DNA from: a candidate division WWE3 bacterium RIFCSPHIGHO2_01_FULL_40_23
Lineage (GTDB): Bacteria > Patescibacteriota > WWE3 > UBA101185 > 2-01-FULL-41-18
Assembly (NCBI GenBank): GCA_001772615.1
Contig: MEUZ01000003.1
Span: 12,450 to 76,449, forward strand
Direction: 5' to 3'
DNA length: 64,000 nucleotides
Shown here piece after piece: positions 1 through 9,980 of this stretch. Position 1 is the first letter of the stretch; each line of letters opens with the position of its first letter. Below the pieces are notes generated by a model, which was not told the DNA's origin, made no database searches, and was given only the letters and a program-made list of their open reading frames with translations. The position numbers and the translations under genes are program-made.

Positions 1-1217
1 GCTGCAGTTGCGGAATGCACGTCCCAATCCTTCTCAAACGCTTTTATCAGTCTTTCATCACCAGTCAAATCCGCCACTATCCTCATTTCCATACTTGAGT
101 AATCGGCCACAACATATTTATACCCTTCGGCCGGAACAAAACATGATCTGAAAGGAGCAACTTCAGATTCTCTCGGTATTTGTTGGAAATTAGGGTTGCT
201 GCATGAAAACCTACCTGTATCAGCACCAATCTGCTGAAAATCAGGATGAATCCTCCCCGTCTTTTTATTGACTTTTTCCAAAATGCTTTCACCAAAGGCG
301 GATATTAATTTTTCATGACCTCTGTACTCCCTTATCAGGTCGGCTACAGGATGTTTTACGGTTTCCAAAACGGAGTCTCCGGTTGAACCTATATCTATGT
401 TCAACTTATTGTTAAAAAGATCCAGAAGCTGGGGCTGGCTGTTCAGATTTAGCACATCAGCAGAACCGCCAAATAGACCCATTTGCTGAACTTTGTATAA
501 AGGTCGTATGGTCTCTTGGATTTTTGAAGCAGTTTCATCTCTTTTCTTCTCCAGCTCCCTTATAATCTTTCTCCATTTAGAAGAGTTAATGCATAAACCC
601 TTAAGCTCCATTTCACCCACAACCCTCACAACTCCAAATTCAAGTTTTGCTACCTTAACAAGATCCTCTTTTTGTAAAAGCTCCCACTGCCTTTTAAACA
701 CAGGAAAAAGTATTAACACATCAAGAGCCGCATATCTAACTTGCTGTTCATTTACTTGTGTTATAAGACCTTCGAAAGTCTTTCTGATGTCCTTATCCAA
801 ACTTAAACCTGTGTGCTTTTCCGCAATCGCTGCGAGTGAGTTACTTCTTTCCAAACCACAAGTAAGTATCCTCTCAGCAAGCATTGAGTCAAAAATATTA
901 TTTAAAGTTATTCCGCAATGCGCCTTTAACATCTCATAATCAAATTTGGCATTTTGCAAAACTTTTAGCTTTTTTGGATCCTCAAGTAGAGGCTTTAAAG
1001 TATCACAGTCTATCTTTCTGGCATCAAAGACATAGGCCATATCTTTCTTTCCTATTTGAATGAGCAGAATTTTAGAGTTATAGGGATCTAAACCAGTACA
1101 TTCGGTATCAACTGAAATAACCTCCTCTTTTAAAAGATCCTCAAAAGCACTTTTAGCATCAGAAGGAGAATCCACAAACTTGTAAGGTAATTTTGTTGGA
1201 TCAAATTCAAGATTCAT
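1..1217 (-). CDS. polA: DNA polymerase I, N-terminal part (3'-5' exonuclease-like domain plus start of polymerase domain); partial, runs off the window start. No 5'-3' exonuclease domain is encoded at its N-terminus.
   Basis: Hand translation from the ATG at 1215-1217 (minus) gives MNLEFDPTKLPYKF...VISVDTECTGLDP (Exo I DxE motif) ...TGRFSCSNPNFQQIP... and ADYSSMEMRIVADLTGDE...DVHSATAA (Pol I motif A region). It is not in the ORF track because there is no stop inside the window. The track ORF 83..295 is a wrong frame of the same strand. Confidence 0.8.
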   Translation of the reverse strand, partial: MNLEFDPTKLPYKFVDSPSDAKSAFEDLLKEEVISVDTECTGLDPYNSKILLIQIGKKDMAYVFDARKIDCDTLKPLLEDPKKLKVLQNAKFDYEMLKAHCGITLNNIFDSMLAERILTCGLERSNSLAAIAEKHTGLSLDKDIRKTFEGLITQVNEQQVRYAALDVLILFPVFKRQWELLQKEDLVKVAKLEFGVVRVVGEMELKGLCINSSKWRKIIRELEKKRDETASKIQETIRPLYKVQQMGLFGGSADVLNLNSQPQLLDLFNNKLNIDIGSTGDSVLETVKHPVADLIREYRGHEKLISAFGESILEKVNKKTGRIHPDFQQIGADTGRFSCSNPNFQQIPRESEVAPFRSCFVPAEGYKYVVADYSSMEMRIVADLTGDERLIKAFEKDWDVHSATA

Positions 1218-2499
1218 TTATCTCTTTCCTTAAAATTTCCTTGACGAGCAAAGGATCTGCTTTACCATTTGCCTTTTTCATAACAGCGCCAAGAAGAAAC
1301 ATAATTGACTGCTCTTTCCCCGATTTATAATCTTTTATGGCTTTCACATTTTCTTTTAGATTAATAACGTCTTTAACGATCACTTTAAGTGCGGATTCAT
1401 CTAACAAATCTTCTTTAACTTTTATTCTTTTTAACAAATTATCTACGTCTAAATTCCTTAAATCCGTTTTATTAACGAGAAGGTTGGCCAACCTTTTAGG
1501 ATCGGTTTCTTTGGAAGCTTTTTCAAACTTTTCAGAAAGCTCTAAACTTTCGCAAAGCACTCTTGCCGTGTCAACCCCAATCCCATATATCCTAACAAAT
1601 CTCTCCACTTTTTTATCGGGAAGTTCGGGAACTCTGGCCTTTATTTCCTTCAGGTATTTACTGCTAAACTCCATCGGAGGAATATCCGGCTCGGGAAAAT
1701 ATCTATAATCATGGGCCTCCTCTTTTTCTCTTTGAGACAAAGTTACACTTTTAATGTCATCCCATCCTCTATTTTCTTGTTCGGGCATTAATCCTGACTC
1801 AAAAAGTTTAGATTGTCGTGTCACTTCATATTTTATAGCTTTCTCTAAAAACCTGAATGAATTTATGTTCTTAATCTCAACCTTATAAGTGGGTAGTTTC
1901 TCACTACCTTGTTTTCTAAGAGATACATTGGCTTCAAGTCTTAACTGGCCTTTTTCCATATCTGCGTCCGAAATTTGAAGATATCTTACTATTCTTTGTA
2001 TTAACTTTGAAAGCTCCACTGCCTCTGTAGAAGTTCTAAAGTCAGGCTCCGTAACAACTTCAACAAGAGCCAGTCCCGATTTATTAAAGTCAAGAAGTGT
2101 TAAACCATTTTCATGTATTGATTTTCCCGTATCCTCCTCCAAATGTACCCTTGTGATTCCTACTCTTTTACTAAAAAGATCCAAATGACCATCTACACAA
2201 AGAGGTAGATCATACTGGCTTATCTGATAACCCTTTGGTAAATCGGGATAAAAGTAGTTTTTTCTGTCAAATTTTGAAAACCCACTTAGTTTACAGTTCA
2301 ATGCAGCTCCGAGGAGTTGCGTTGACTTAATTGCTTCCCTATTTGGAACAGGGAGCGCTCCAGGCAAGCCAAGGCAAACAGGACATGTGAGAGTATTAGG
2401 TTCCGACTGATAAATATCGGCGGAACATCTGCAAAACATTTTACTTTTAAGCTTCAGCTGAATGTGGATTTCAAGTCCCAAAACAAGTTCAAGCTTCAT
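1207..2499 (-). CDS. gatB: Asp-tRNA(Asn)/Glu-tRNA(Gln) amidotransferase subunit B
   Basis: N-terminus MKLELVLGLEIHIQL...CPVCLGLPGALPV is typical of GatB. It sits in a gatC-gatA-X-gatB operon. Confidence 0.9.
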   Translation of the reverse strand: MKLELVLGLEIHIQLKLKSKMFCRCSADIYQSEPNTLTCPVCLGLPGALPVPNREAIKSTQLLGAALNCKLSGFSKFDRKNYFYPDLPKGYQISQYDLPLCVDGHLDLFSKRVGITRVHLEEDTGKSIHENGLTLLDFNKSGLALVEVVTEPDFRTSTEAVELSKLIQRIVRYLQISDADMEKGQLRLEANVSLRKQGSEKLPTYKVEIKNINSFRFLEKAIKYEVTRQSKLFESGLMPEQENRGWDDIKSVTLSQREKEEAHDYRYFPEPDIPPMEFSSKYLKEIKARVPELPDKKVERFVRIYGIGVDTARVLCESLELSEKFEKASKETDPKRLANLLVNKTDLRNLDVDNLLKRIKVKEDLLDESALKVIVKDVINLKENVKAIKDYKSGKEQSIMFLLGAVMKKANGKADPLLVKEILRKEINES

Positions 2500-2912
2500 A
2501 TCTTAACCCCCAAAGCAGTAAGAGCTCTTTTTAAGTCCTCTACGGATTTATTAATAACGTAGTACGGTGGATCAAAATTAGCCTCGTGAACCATTGTATT
2601 TCTTATTTTATGAGCTTTCCAGATATCATCATAAAGATACCTGTCAAATCTTGTGGATGCCATTTTTAAACGCTCACCCATAGTTTCTCCCGCAAAAATA
2701 TCCCTCAAAGCGCTATCAAGTGATCTATCCGCAAGTAGTAGAGCCTGTTTTAAATTACTTGGGCCAGAAAGTTTTATTAACTGCTCAATCTTTACCCAGT
2801 CATTTTTAATCTTATCTTCAGTCAACGAAGAAACAGTTGTCCTAAAAAATTTTTTGCCAAAAAGAAAATCTAATAAGCCCATAAATTTATAATTCACCCC
2901 TACTAGCCTCAT
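2496..2912 (-). CDS. Small hypothetical protein with a HEPN-like Rx4H motif (KIRNTMVHE), inserted between gatA and gatB
   Basis: 138-aa ORF. The likely real start is M11 (MGLLDFLFGKK) at 2882, 4 nt after the gatA stop. Its stop (2496-2498) overlaps the gatB start (2497-2499), which points to translational coupling. The protein looks all-alpha, and the R-x4-H motif near the C-terminus resembles HEPN. Confidence 0.45.
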   Translation of the reverse strand: MRLVGVNYKFMGLLDFLFGKKFFRTTVSSLTEDKIKNDWVKIEQLIKLSGPSNLKQALLLADRSLDSALRDIFAGETMGERLKMASTRFDRYLYDDIWKAHKIRNTMVHEANFDPPYYVINKSVEDLKRALTALGVKI

Positions 2913-4296
2913 ATGAAGCAGCCAAATTTAACACTTTCTCTTCATTGAATTTATCAGCCATAATCCCAAATCCTACAGGAAGACCATTTGAAAAACCGCA
3001 AGGGACAGAAATACCGGTTATACCAGCCATTGAGCTTGGTTCAAGAAGCATATCCTGAATTTCCCCAAACATCGCATTATCTTTTGTTGCACCTTCCTTT
3101 AAAGCTGTGCAAGGAGAGATAGGTCCAACAATAACATCAACCTCACTAAAAGCCCTTTTAAAATCCTCAATGATTAAAGTCCTTACTTTCTGTGCTTTGG
3201 CATAGAATTGGTCATAATACCCTGCTGAAAGAGTGTATGTCCCAAGCATAATTCTCTTTTTGGCTTCAAATCCGAAGCTAGAGCGATCAAAACCATACCT
3301 TATCCCATCAAAACGAGCCAGATTGGATGATACTTCCGACCTTTGAATAATCGTGTAAACTGCAACAGAGTACTTCGGATCTAATAAATCCACCTCTTTT
3401 ACGCTGTATCCTTCTTTTTTCAATACCCCAACAGCTTCTAAAACTTTAGACTTAACACCCTCATCCATTCCTTTAACAAAGTAGGATTTAGCTATCCCTA
3501 TCTTTAATTTCGTTTCTGTCCTTCCTACAGACCGTGTAAAATCGGAAACATCTATATCGGTGGAAGTCGCGTCAAACTCGTCCTTACCCGAAATTATGTT
3601 AAGTATAAATGCAGCATCCCAAACCGTCTTAGTAAGCGGTCCCGGTGAATCCGTAGATGAAGCCATAGAGATAACACCATACCTGCTTACCCTTCCGTAA
3701 GTGGGTTTAAGGCCAACTACTCCGCACCAAGCGGCTGGCTGTCTTATTGACCCGGCTGTTTCAGAACCAACGGCAAAAATACACATGTTGGATGCTACAG
3801 CGGCCGCTGATCCTCCCGAGGAGCCTCCCGGCAATCTGGTGATGTCATAGGGATTTTTGGTCGTAAAAAAATCGGAGGCTTCAGTTGAAGAACCGTGAGC
3901 AAAGGCGTCAAGATTTGTCTTGCCTAAGAGGATAGCCCCCGCTTCTTTAAGTTTTTTAGAAACGGTTGATTCATAAGGTGGTGAAAAATTTCTTATGATA
4001 TTTGATGAAGCTGTTGTTAATACATTCTCCGTACAAAAATTATCTTTTAAAGCATAAGGAACTCCTAGCAAAGGAAATCTAGCAAAGGCCTCACCCCCAA
4101 GTTCCCTGATAAGATCATCAGCCCTAGCCGCACTTTTAAGAGCTTCCTCTCTTACTAAAGTAACAAATGCCCTCAAATCTTCATCTTTTGTTTTTATCTC
4201 ATCAAGACAGGCAAAGACTAAATCTTGGGGAGTAAATTTTAGTTCTTTTAAGCCTTCCAAGCTCTCTTTAATTGAGAGTTCATTTAATTTTTTCAT
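2887..4296 (-). CDS. gatA: Glutamyl-tRNA(Gln) amidotransferase subunit A (amidase signature family)
   Basis: Amidase signature GGSSGGSAAAVA and a Ser-cisSer-Lys context. 469 aa. Confidence 0.9.
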   Translation of the reverse strand: MKKLNELSIKESLEGLKELKFTPQDLVFACLDEIKTKDEDLRAFVTLVREEALKSAARADDLIRELGGEAFARFPLLGVPYALKDNFCTENVLTTASSNIIRNFSPPYESTVSKKLKEAGAILLGKTNLDAFAHGSSTEASDFFTTKNPYDITRLPGGSSGGSAAAVASNMCIFAVGSETAGSIRQPAAWCGVVGLKPTYGRVSRYGVISMASSTDSPGPLTKTVWDAAFILNIISGKDEFDATSTDIDVSDFTRSVGRTETKLKIGIAKSYFVKGMDEGVKSKVLEAVGVLKKEGYSVKEVDLLDPKYSVAVYTIIQRSEVSSNLARFDGIRYGFDRSSFGFEAKKRIMLGTYTLSAGYYDQFYAKAQKVRTLIIEDFKRAFSEVDVIVGPISPCTALKEGATKDNAMFGEIQDMLLEPSSMAGITGISVPCGFSNGLPVGFGIMADKFNEEKVLNLAASYEASRGEL

Positions 4297-4582
4297 TCTT
4301 TTTTATAACAGATTTTGTAACAAAAAAACTTTCTTTCTTTTCCTTCGCGTTTCTCAAAACATCTTTCATACTTAAAGATTTTCTTACAAAGTCCTCATCA
4401 AAAATATTTACCTTACCCGATACTTGAGATGTAGGTTTAATATCAGTAGTATCTAGCTCATTAAGAACTTTGATGTAGTCTATTGCCTCTGATAAAAGTG
4501 TTTGAAATTTTTTAACTTCTGTCCCGCTAATTTCAAGTTTAGAAAGTCTGGCTACTTTTTCTACATCCGATGTGGAAATCAT
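4280..4582 (-). CDS. gatC: Asp/Glu-tRNA amidotransferase subunit C
   Basis: 100 aa. Start MISTSDVEKVARLSKLEISGTE is typical of GatC. It overlaps the gatA start. Confidence 0.85.
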   Translation of the reverse strand: MISTSDVEKVARLSKLEISGTEVKKFQTLLSEAIDYIKVLNELDTTDIKPTSQVSGKVNIFDEDFVRKSLSMKDVLRNAKEKKESFFVTKSVIKKNEKIK

Positions 4583-4629
4583 GCAGTTATTATAGTTAAA
4601 AGCTTAAAAAAAACCAGAGATAAATGGGA

Positions 4630-5190
4630 CTAAGACTCTTTAAAACTAACAGCAATATCCTTTTTCTCTTCTTCTGAAGCCTTAAAGAATTCAGCCGCTT
4701 TAAAATTAAAAAGAGAAGCTAAAATCATATTTGGAAAAACTGCTATTTTATTATTGAAATCCAAGACATTCGCGTTATAGAACTGTCTTGAATAAGCAAT
4801 TTTATCTTCAATCTCCGCTAAATCCGACTGAAGTTTTCTAAAATTTTCTGAAGCCTTAAGCTCCGGGTATGCTTCTGCAACTGCAAAAAGTGACTTAAGA
4901 GCACCGGTAAGCATATTGTCAGCTTCAGCAGCAGCTCTAGGATCCGTTGCGGACATTAAGGCAGCTCTCGCTTTGGTCACATTCTCAAAAACACTTTTTT
5001 CATGAGAAGCATAACCTTTTACGGTTTCAACTAAATTGGGAATTAAACTTGATCTTCTTTTAAGCTGAACATCTATACCACTCCATGCTTCCGAAATCCT
5101 ATTTTTCAATGTGACAAGAAGGTTGTATGTTGAAATAAAATAAACCACTAAGAGAACAAGAAAACCAACAAAAATTAAAATGTTAAACAT
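4630..5190 (-). CDS. LemA family membrane protein
   Basis: N-terminal TM helix followed by the conserved LemA core ([30 protein letters not shown]). Confidence 0.85.
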   Translation of the reverse strand: MFNILIFVGFLVLLVVYFISTYNLLVTLKNRISEAWSGIDVQLKRRSSLIPNLVETVKGYASHEKSVFENVTKARAALMSATDPRAAAEADNMLTGALKSLFAVAEAYPELKASENFRKLQSDLAEIEDKIAYSRQFYNANVLDFNNKIAVFPNMILASLFNFKAAEFFKASEEEKKDIAVSFKES

Positions 5191-5197
5191 AATTCCT

Positions 5198-6952
5198 TTA
5201 CAAAAACTTCCTACTAAAAACCTTTAAAAACTCCTTTAGAGGGAGGGTGTTAACTACACTTCGGCTTTCAACCCAACCTCTCCTTGCAACATCTATACCA
5301 TACCTCATTAATGAATAATCTTCAAGATCATGTGCATCTGTATTTATTATTAGCTTAACACCTTTTTTTACAGCTTCTCTAACAAGCATGTCAGGAAGAT
5401 CCAATCTTTCCGGATGTGCATTAATTTCAAGAATCTTATTTCTTTCCAAAACTTCTTTAAAAACCTTCTCCCAGTCTACCTCATAAGAATCTCTTTGCTC
5501 AAGAAGCCTTCCCGAGGGATGAGCAATAAAGCCGATATAAGGATTCTTTATAGCGTATGTAAGCCTTTCCGTTATTTTTTCTTTGCTTTGATTAAAACTT
5601 GTATGAATGGAGCCTATAGCATAGTCTAAAATTTTTAAATAGTCATCAGGAAGGGAGACTGACACATCAGTAAGAATGTTAACTTCGTATCCAAATAGTA
5701 CTCTCATTGAATCATTTGAGTTATTTATTGATTCAATATGCTTCTTTGTCTTATTTATCAAGGATAAAACTTCTTTCTCACCTCGTGAGTTTATACTAGG
5801 TGCATGATCCGAAATACCGATATATTCATATTTAAACTCTCTTGCTTTTTTTACCATCTCATCCAAAGTGTTATTTCCGTCAGAAAAATTAGTATGCAGA
5901 TGAAGGTCGCCTCTTATATCTTTAAGTTCTATAAGTTTAGGAAGTTTTTTCACCTTCGCTGCTTCTATTTCACCTGAATCTTCCCTTAATTCAGGCTCTA
6001 TGTATGCAAGTCCTAAAAAACTGTAGAAAGATTCCTCATCCGAAAATTCTTTAACCTTTCCTTTAACCTTTATACCGTGCTCGGATAACGAATAACTCTT
6101 TTCAAGGGCAAATTTTCTTAAAGAAATATTATGGGCTTTAGAGCCTGTGAAATGTTGTAAAAGAGCCCCAAACGCATCCGGCTTTTCAGTCATAAGATCA
6201 ACCCTAACGCCGCTTTTTAGTAAGATACTTGCCTTAACGTCACCTTTATTCAAAATTTCGCTTGTATCAGGAAAGCTAACAAAGTGATCAATTACCTTGT
6301 TCGCCGACCTAGTAGAAACTGCAAAATCAATATCCCCAACTGTCACTACCCGCCTCCTAAGGGATCCAAGTGGCTTTATGTCCAAAACCTCCTTGATACC
6401 ACGCATGTAATTTGAGATTTTCTCGGAAACCCAGCTGGCTGTGGGTAAAAGCAACCTTTTCCTTCCTTCTTTATTGGGCTTTAGTTTTTCTATAGCCTCA
6501 AGAATTTCTTTCTCCTTTTGTTCCCCAAAACCCTCAATTTGGCTTATTTTGCCCTCAAGTGCAGCCTTTTTCACCACTTCTAATGAATCTTCCCTCCTTT
6601 TAATATTAAGCTCCTTAGCAAGCCTGTAGGCGGTCTTAGCCCCTATCCCATGTATCCCAAAGAGCCCAAACATACCTCCAGGAAGTTTATTAAAACTAGC
6701 TTCAAAATGCCTAACTTTCCCTGTTCTAAAGTACTCGTCAAGATGCCCAGCTATGCTTGAACCAATACCCGGGATTTCAGTAAGCTTGCCTTCTTCCCAC
6801 AAATCCTTTACCTCCGATGTAGCGTGTTCAATCGCGGTCGCGGCATTTTGATAAGCTCTAATTCTAAAACGGTCCTCTCCGGTCACTTCATACGCAGCGG
6901 CAACCTCTTTTAGTAGTTTTGAAACAAAAGCGTTAGAATACCTGCTCTCCAT
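5198..6952 (-). CDS. Family X DNA polymerase with C-terminal PHP phosphoesterase domain
   Basis: HhH motifs ([24 protein letters not shown]), a PolX palm, and a PHP motif [10 protein letters not shown]...ISDHAP. Confidence 0.85.
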   Translation of the reverse strand: MESRYSNAFVSKLLKEVAAAYEVTGEDRFRIRAYQNAATAIEHATSEVKDLWEEGKLTEIPGIGSSIAGHLDEYFRTGKVRHFEASFNKLPGGMFGLFGIHGIGAKTAYRLAKELNIKRREDSLEVVKKAALEGKISQIEGFGEQKEKEILEAIEKLKPNKEGRKRLLLPTASWVSEKISNYMRGIKEVLDIKPLGSLRRRVVTVGDIDFAVSTRSANKVIDHFVSFPDTSEILNKGDVKASILLKSGVRVDLMTEKPDAFGALLQHFTGSKAHNISLRKFALEKSYSLSEHGIKVKGKVKEFSDEESFYSFLGLAYIEPELREDSGEIEAAKVKKLPKLIELKDIRGDLHLHTNFSDGNNTLDEMVKKAREFKYEYIGISDHAPSINSRGEKEVLSLINKTKKHIESINNSNDSMRVLFGYEVNILTDVSVSLPDDYLKILDYAIGSIHTSFNQSKEKITERLTYAIKNPYIGFIAHPSGRLLEQRDSYEVDWEKVFKEVLERNKILEINAHPERLDLPDMLVREAVKKGVKLIINTDAHDLEDYSLMRYGIDVARRGWVESRSVVNTLPLKEFLKVFSRKFL

Positions 6953-7057
6953 ATTTTTTCATATTAGCATCATTGACTTAAAAAAATCCATTTGTTAGGA
7001 TGGGCATGTACGTAGGGGGTCCACACATAAAGATACCAACCTTTAGTGGGACCTTAT

Positions 7058-7134
7058 GGTCCCGTAGTGTAGAGGCCAAACACGTTTCCCTGTCACGGAA
7101 AAGATCGCCGGTTCGAATCCGGTCGGGACCGCCA
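7058..7134 (+). tRNA. tRNA-Asp (anticodon GTC)
   Basis: Manually folded cloverleaf. Acceptor GGTCCCG/CGGGACC, D-stem GTGT/ACAC, anticodon stem TTTCC/GGAAA with loop CTGTCAC, T-loop TTCGAAT, CCA encoded. Confidence 0.85.
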
Positions 7135-7231
7135 AGGTCCCCTTCTAACTGCCCAAATACTCAAGGAGGCAGATCCAAAAATAAATTCCAGAGAATAAAA
7201 AATTAGTATAAACATTAAACTAGGAGGATAA

Positions 7232-7717
7232 ATGGAGCAGAAAGAAATTGATGTTAATCCATCAAGAAGTGCTACAACAGCTATAATAGCGGGTATTATA
7301 ATCATTGCACTTGGTTACTTATCATATAGATATTTTAATAGGCCAACTAAACCTGAAATCGGCGAAGGCATTAAAATTGAAAGAGCTACACCGACACCTG
7401 AACCGACTGTAACTCCAACGGAAGAAAAGGACTCTACAAAGGAAGTTACTAAAGTAGAAGAAAAAGAAACAGTTCAGGAAAGAAAGATAGAATCCATTTT
7501 CGCCGCGTGGGTAGCTAATGATTATAAACCTGGGGATATCAAAGGAAGTCAATATAACGTAAGGTCAGGCGACACCCTGTGGGAAATAGCAGAAGGAAGA
7601 TATGGGAATGGATCCGAATGGACTAAAATCCTTTCAGCTAATTCCAGTAAAATAGGCTTTTTACCAAATGGGAGTCAAGCCTTAATTTTCCCGAGTCAAA
7701 CGCTGGCACTACCGTAA
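7232..7717 (+). CDS. LysM domain protein with N-terminal membrane anchor
   Basis: AGGAGG RBS 8 nt upstream. TM helix, then a Pro/Thr/Glu-rich linker and a C-terminal LysM (YNVRSGDTLWEIAEGRYGNGSEWTKI). Confidence 0.8.
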   Translation: MEQKEIDVNPSRSATTAIIAGIIIIALGYLSYRYFNRPTKPEIGEGIKIERATPTPEPTVTPTEEKDSTKEVTKVEEKETVQERKIESIFAAWVANDYKPGDIKGSQYNVRSGDTLWEIAEGRYGNGSEWTKILSANSSKIGFLPNGSQALIFPSQTLALP

Positions 7718-7779
7718 AAGGTTCGTTATTTGTTGATCGTGCTGATATTCATAACGGTTGAAATAAACCAAGTTTTGTG

Positions 7780-7808
7780 TTGGCTGTTAAACTTATAAAA
7801 GTTATAAT
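7780..7808 (+). promoter_or_regulatory. Candidate sigma70-type promoter for the tRNA-Gly/tRNA-Thr pair (-35 TTGGCT, 17-nt spacer, -10 TATAAT)
   Basis: TTGGCT at 7780-7785 and TATAAT at 7803-7808. The tRNA-Gly 5' end is at 7825. Confidence 0.4.
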
Positions 7809-7824
7809 TAAGTGGTTTATAAAT

Positions 7825-7901
<77 letters not shown>

Positions 7902-7931
7902 GTTCTTTTTGTTGTAGAATGTTTTTGCTAC

Positions 7932-8006
7932 GCCAGAGTGGCTCAAAGGCAGAGCAATCCCTTCGTAAGGGATAGGTTGTGGGTTCAATTCCCACCTCTG
8001 GCTCCA
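7932..8006 (+). tRNA. tRNA-Thr (anticodon CGT)
   Basis: Acceptor GCCAGAG/CTCTGGC, D-stem GCTC/GAGC, anticodon stem ATCCC/GGGAT with loop TTCGTAA, T-loop TTCAATT, CCA encoded. Confidence 0.85.
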
Positions 8007-8010
8007 GATT

Positions 8011-8766
8011 ATGATCAAAAGAGATTTTAAATTAAAGAGTAGATTTAAATATGCAGGTCCAAAAGCCTTAAGCAATGAAGAAGACGTTGTTCTTTACAAA
8101 AAACTACTTGCAGCAATATTTGGTATTTTCGCGGTTCTCACTTTATTCCTTCTGACCCTTCAATTTCTTGGACCGAAGATTTTCTCAGTTTACAGTCTTT
8201 TATCTCTTGATAGGCAAAAGAAAGATGAGGAAAAACTTCAAAGTGCTACACCGAGTTTCACTGATACTCCAAAAGCTACAAAATCAAAATTTGTTACATT
8301 AAAAGGTTTTTCTGAACCTCAAAGCAAAGTCAAACTTTTTGTGAACGGGCCCGAAGCAGACAACACTACAAGTGATCAGGAAGGAAAATTCACTTTTGAA
8401 AATGTAAGTCTGTTAGAAGGTCAGAACATTATTTTCGCCAAATCAGAAGCCCCTAATAAAGTTGAAAGTGATAAATCCGAAACGCTTTATGTAATTTATG
8501 ATCTAAAAAAACCTGAAATCTTCATAACTTCTCCTAAAAACGGTGAAGAAATAGAAAGTGTTGACAGTAGAATACCGGTAAAAGGGTCTGTGAATGAAGA
8601 AGCGTCTGTATTTGTTAACTCACATTTAACGATAGTTGATAGCGAGGGAAACTTTCAAACACTCATAGCTGTAAAGGAAGGCCCTAATGTGGTGAAGGTC
8701 ACAGCTATTGATACAGCAGGTAATGAGTCCACATCCTCAATAACTGTTAAATTTGATAAGCGTTAG
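8011..8766 (+). CDS. Hypothetical membrane-anchored surface protein with predicted beta-sandwich (Ig-like) repeats
   Basis: Single N-terminal TM helix (LLAAIFGIFAVLTLFLL). The rest is Thr/Ser/Val-rich with repeated beta-strand-like segments. The called start directly abuts tRNA-Thr, so the real start is probably further in. Confidence 0.45.
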   Translation: MIKRDFKLKSRFKYAGPKALSNEEDVVLYKKLLAAIFGIFAVLTLFLLTLQFLGPKIFSVYSLLSLDRQKKDEEKLQSATPSFTDTPKATKSKFVTLKGFSEPQSKVKLFVNGPEADNTTSDQEGKFTFENVSLLEGQNIIFAKSEAPNKVESDKSETLYVIYDLKKPEIFITSPKNGEEIESVDSRIPVKGSVNEEASVFVNSHLTIVDSEGNFQTLIAVKEGPNVVKVTAIDTAGNESTSSITVKFDKR

Positions 8767-9980
8767 GTCTCATCATAAGATATTGCAAACAAAGTCCACA
8801 TCCAAAGCAGAATTTGGGGATAAAATAAAGAGTTTACAAACTGGCTATGTACAAACAGTGACAAAATGGAAGAAAAAGATACAAATGGATAGGATAACCT
8901 CCTCGTTAAAAAAATGCCCTTCCCGGTTTTTATAAGAAAACTTGCGTAAATCAATAAATATGAGATAAGACCGAAAATTCCTGTTGTTGCCAAAACAAGA
9001 AGCAAGCTTGAATCAGATCCCGATCCCGAATGCCCTCCCGTAGAATCTCTAAAATCAAAAAAACCGTAAGCATCCTGATAATACCTGTAATTATTAAACC
9101 CGATACCAAACCAGAGATTAGTTTTTGCTATGCTAAGGGCATTTTGCCAAGATATCAGCCTGTATCTCGCTGAATCTGATGGGTCGGTAACCCCACTTAG
9201 TCTTGTTTGAACTCTTGGAACAAAAAAATAAACCGAAAAAAATAATACCATAAATATCAAAATGTTTACTTTTTTAGACCTTAAAAGACCTGTAATGAGC
9301 ACAAATACACCTAGCATCAGCCACGTGCTTCTTGAAAATGTCAGGAAAATTGCAAGAACATGGATTATTAACACAAGAATACCTAAAGTCTTCCGATAAC
9401 TAAATAACTCATTGAACCTGCTTAAAAGAAGAATAAACCCAAGAACAATGTAAGCCCCTGCAAAATTGGGATCAAAGAAGCTTGAAGTTAATCTGTTTAT
9501 GTGAGGATCCCACCCAAGTTCCAAAGAAAGTTTTGACAGATCAGGAAAGATTGCAAGCTGTATAAAGCCAAATACACTTACAAGTAAAGATGAAACAATC
9601 AAAATCTTTGATGTTTTGTTCTGTAATTTCTTATCTTTGTGAACTAAATTATAAATAATCAAAGAGACCATAACATATATAAGAAACCTCGCGATGTAAA
9701 AACCGGAAAAGACGGCCTTAGGTATCGTTACTTCCCCTATGCTTATAAAAAGGGTGATCAACGAATAACAGGTAAAGAGCAAGGCGAATAAAATGAAGGC
9801 GGGAATAATTATTTTCCTTTTTAAATTCAACAGGTAAAAACCTCCTACGACTGAGAATGCAAAGGCCAGGATTTCAAAAAGATAAATTTTTAGGTTTTCC
9901 CCTGAAGCTATAACACTAAACTGTCCTAAGGAAGCTGTTAAGAACACAAACAAGAGTAAAAATAAAAGATACATTTTCAT
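8763..9980 (-). CDS. O-antigen ligase/polymerase (Wzy/WaaL-like) family polytopic membrane protein
   Basis: About 10-12 predicted TM helices with a large loop near the C-terminal third. It sits in a glycosyltransferase and flippase operon. Confidence 0.55.
   Translation of the reverse strand: MKMYLLFLLLFVFLTASLGQFSVIASGENLKIYLFEILAFAFSVVGGFYLLNLKRKIIIPAFILFALLFTCYSLITLFISIGEVTIPKAVFSGFYIARFLIYVMVSLIIYNLVHKDKKLQNKTSKILIVSSLLVSVFGFIQLAIFPDLSKLSLELGWDPHINRLTSSFFDPNFAGAYIVLGFILLLSRFNELFSYRKTLGILVLIIHVLAIFLTFSRSTWLMLGVFVLITGLLRSKKVNILIFMVLFFSVYFFVPRVQTRLSGVTDPSDSARYRLISWQNALSIAKTNLWFGIGFNNYRYYQDAYGFFDFRDSTGGHSGSGSDSSLLLVLATTGIFGLISYLLIYASFLIKTGKGIFLTRRLSYPFVSFSSILSLFVHSQFVNSLFYPQILLWMWTLFAISYDET

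Noticed and set aside
83-295. Track ORF 83..295 (-) MVKAFWKK...
   Set aside because: It is an out-of-frame reading of the same strand as polA. The correct frame gives contiguous Pol I motifs (TGRFSCSNPNFQQIP, DYSSMEMRIVADL).
493-939. Plus-strand ORFs 493..939, 1337..1708, 2653..2892, 5414..5629, 6441..6629, 36566..37507, 37866..38754 and similar internal/antisense ORFs listed in the track
   Set aside because: Each lies antisense to, or out of frame inside, a confidently identified gene (polA, gatB, polX, ftsZ, ftsA, ileS, uvrA, ppsA and others) and has a low-complexity, Ser/Leu/Phe-rich composition typical of spurious ORFs in AT-rich DNA.
6953-7057. Imperfect hairpin GTCCAC...GTGGGAC and a TTGACT/TAGGAT pair just upstream of tRNA-Asp as a possible extra tRNA or promoter
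   Set aside because: It cannot be folded into a cloverleaf. The promoter hexamers are weak and the spacing is ambiguous. It could simply be tRNA 5' leader structure.
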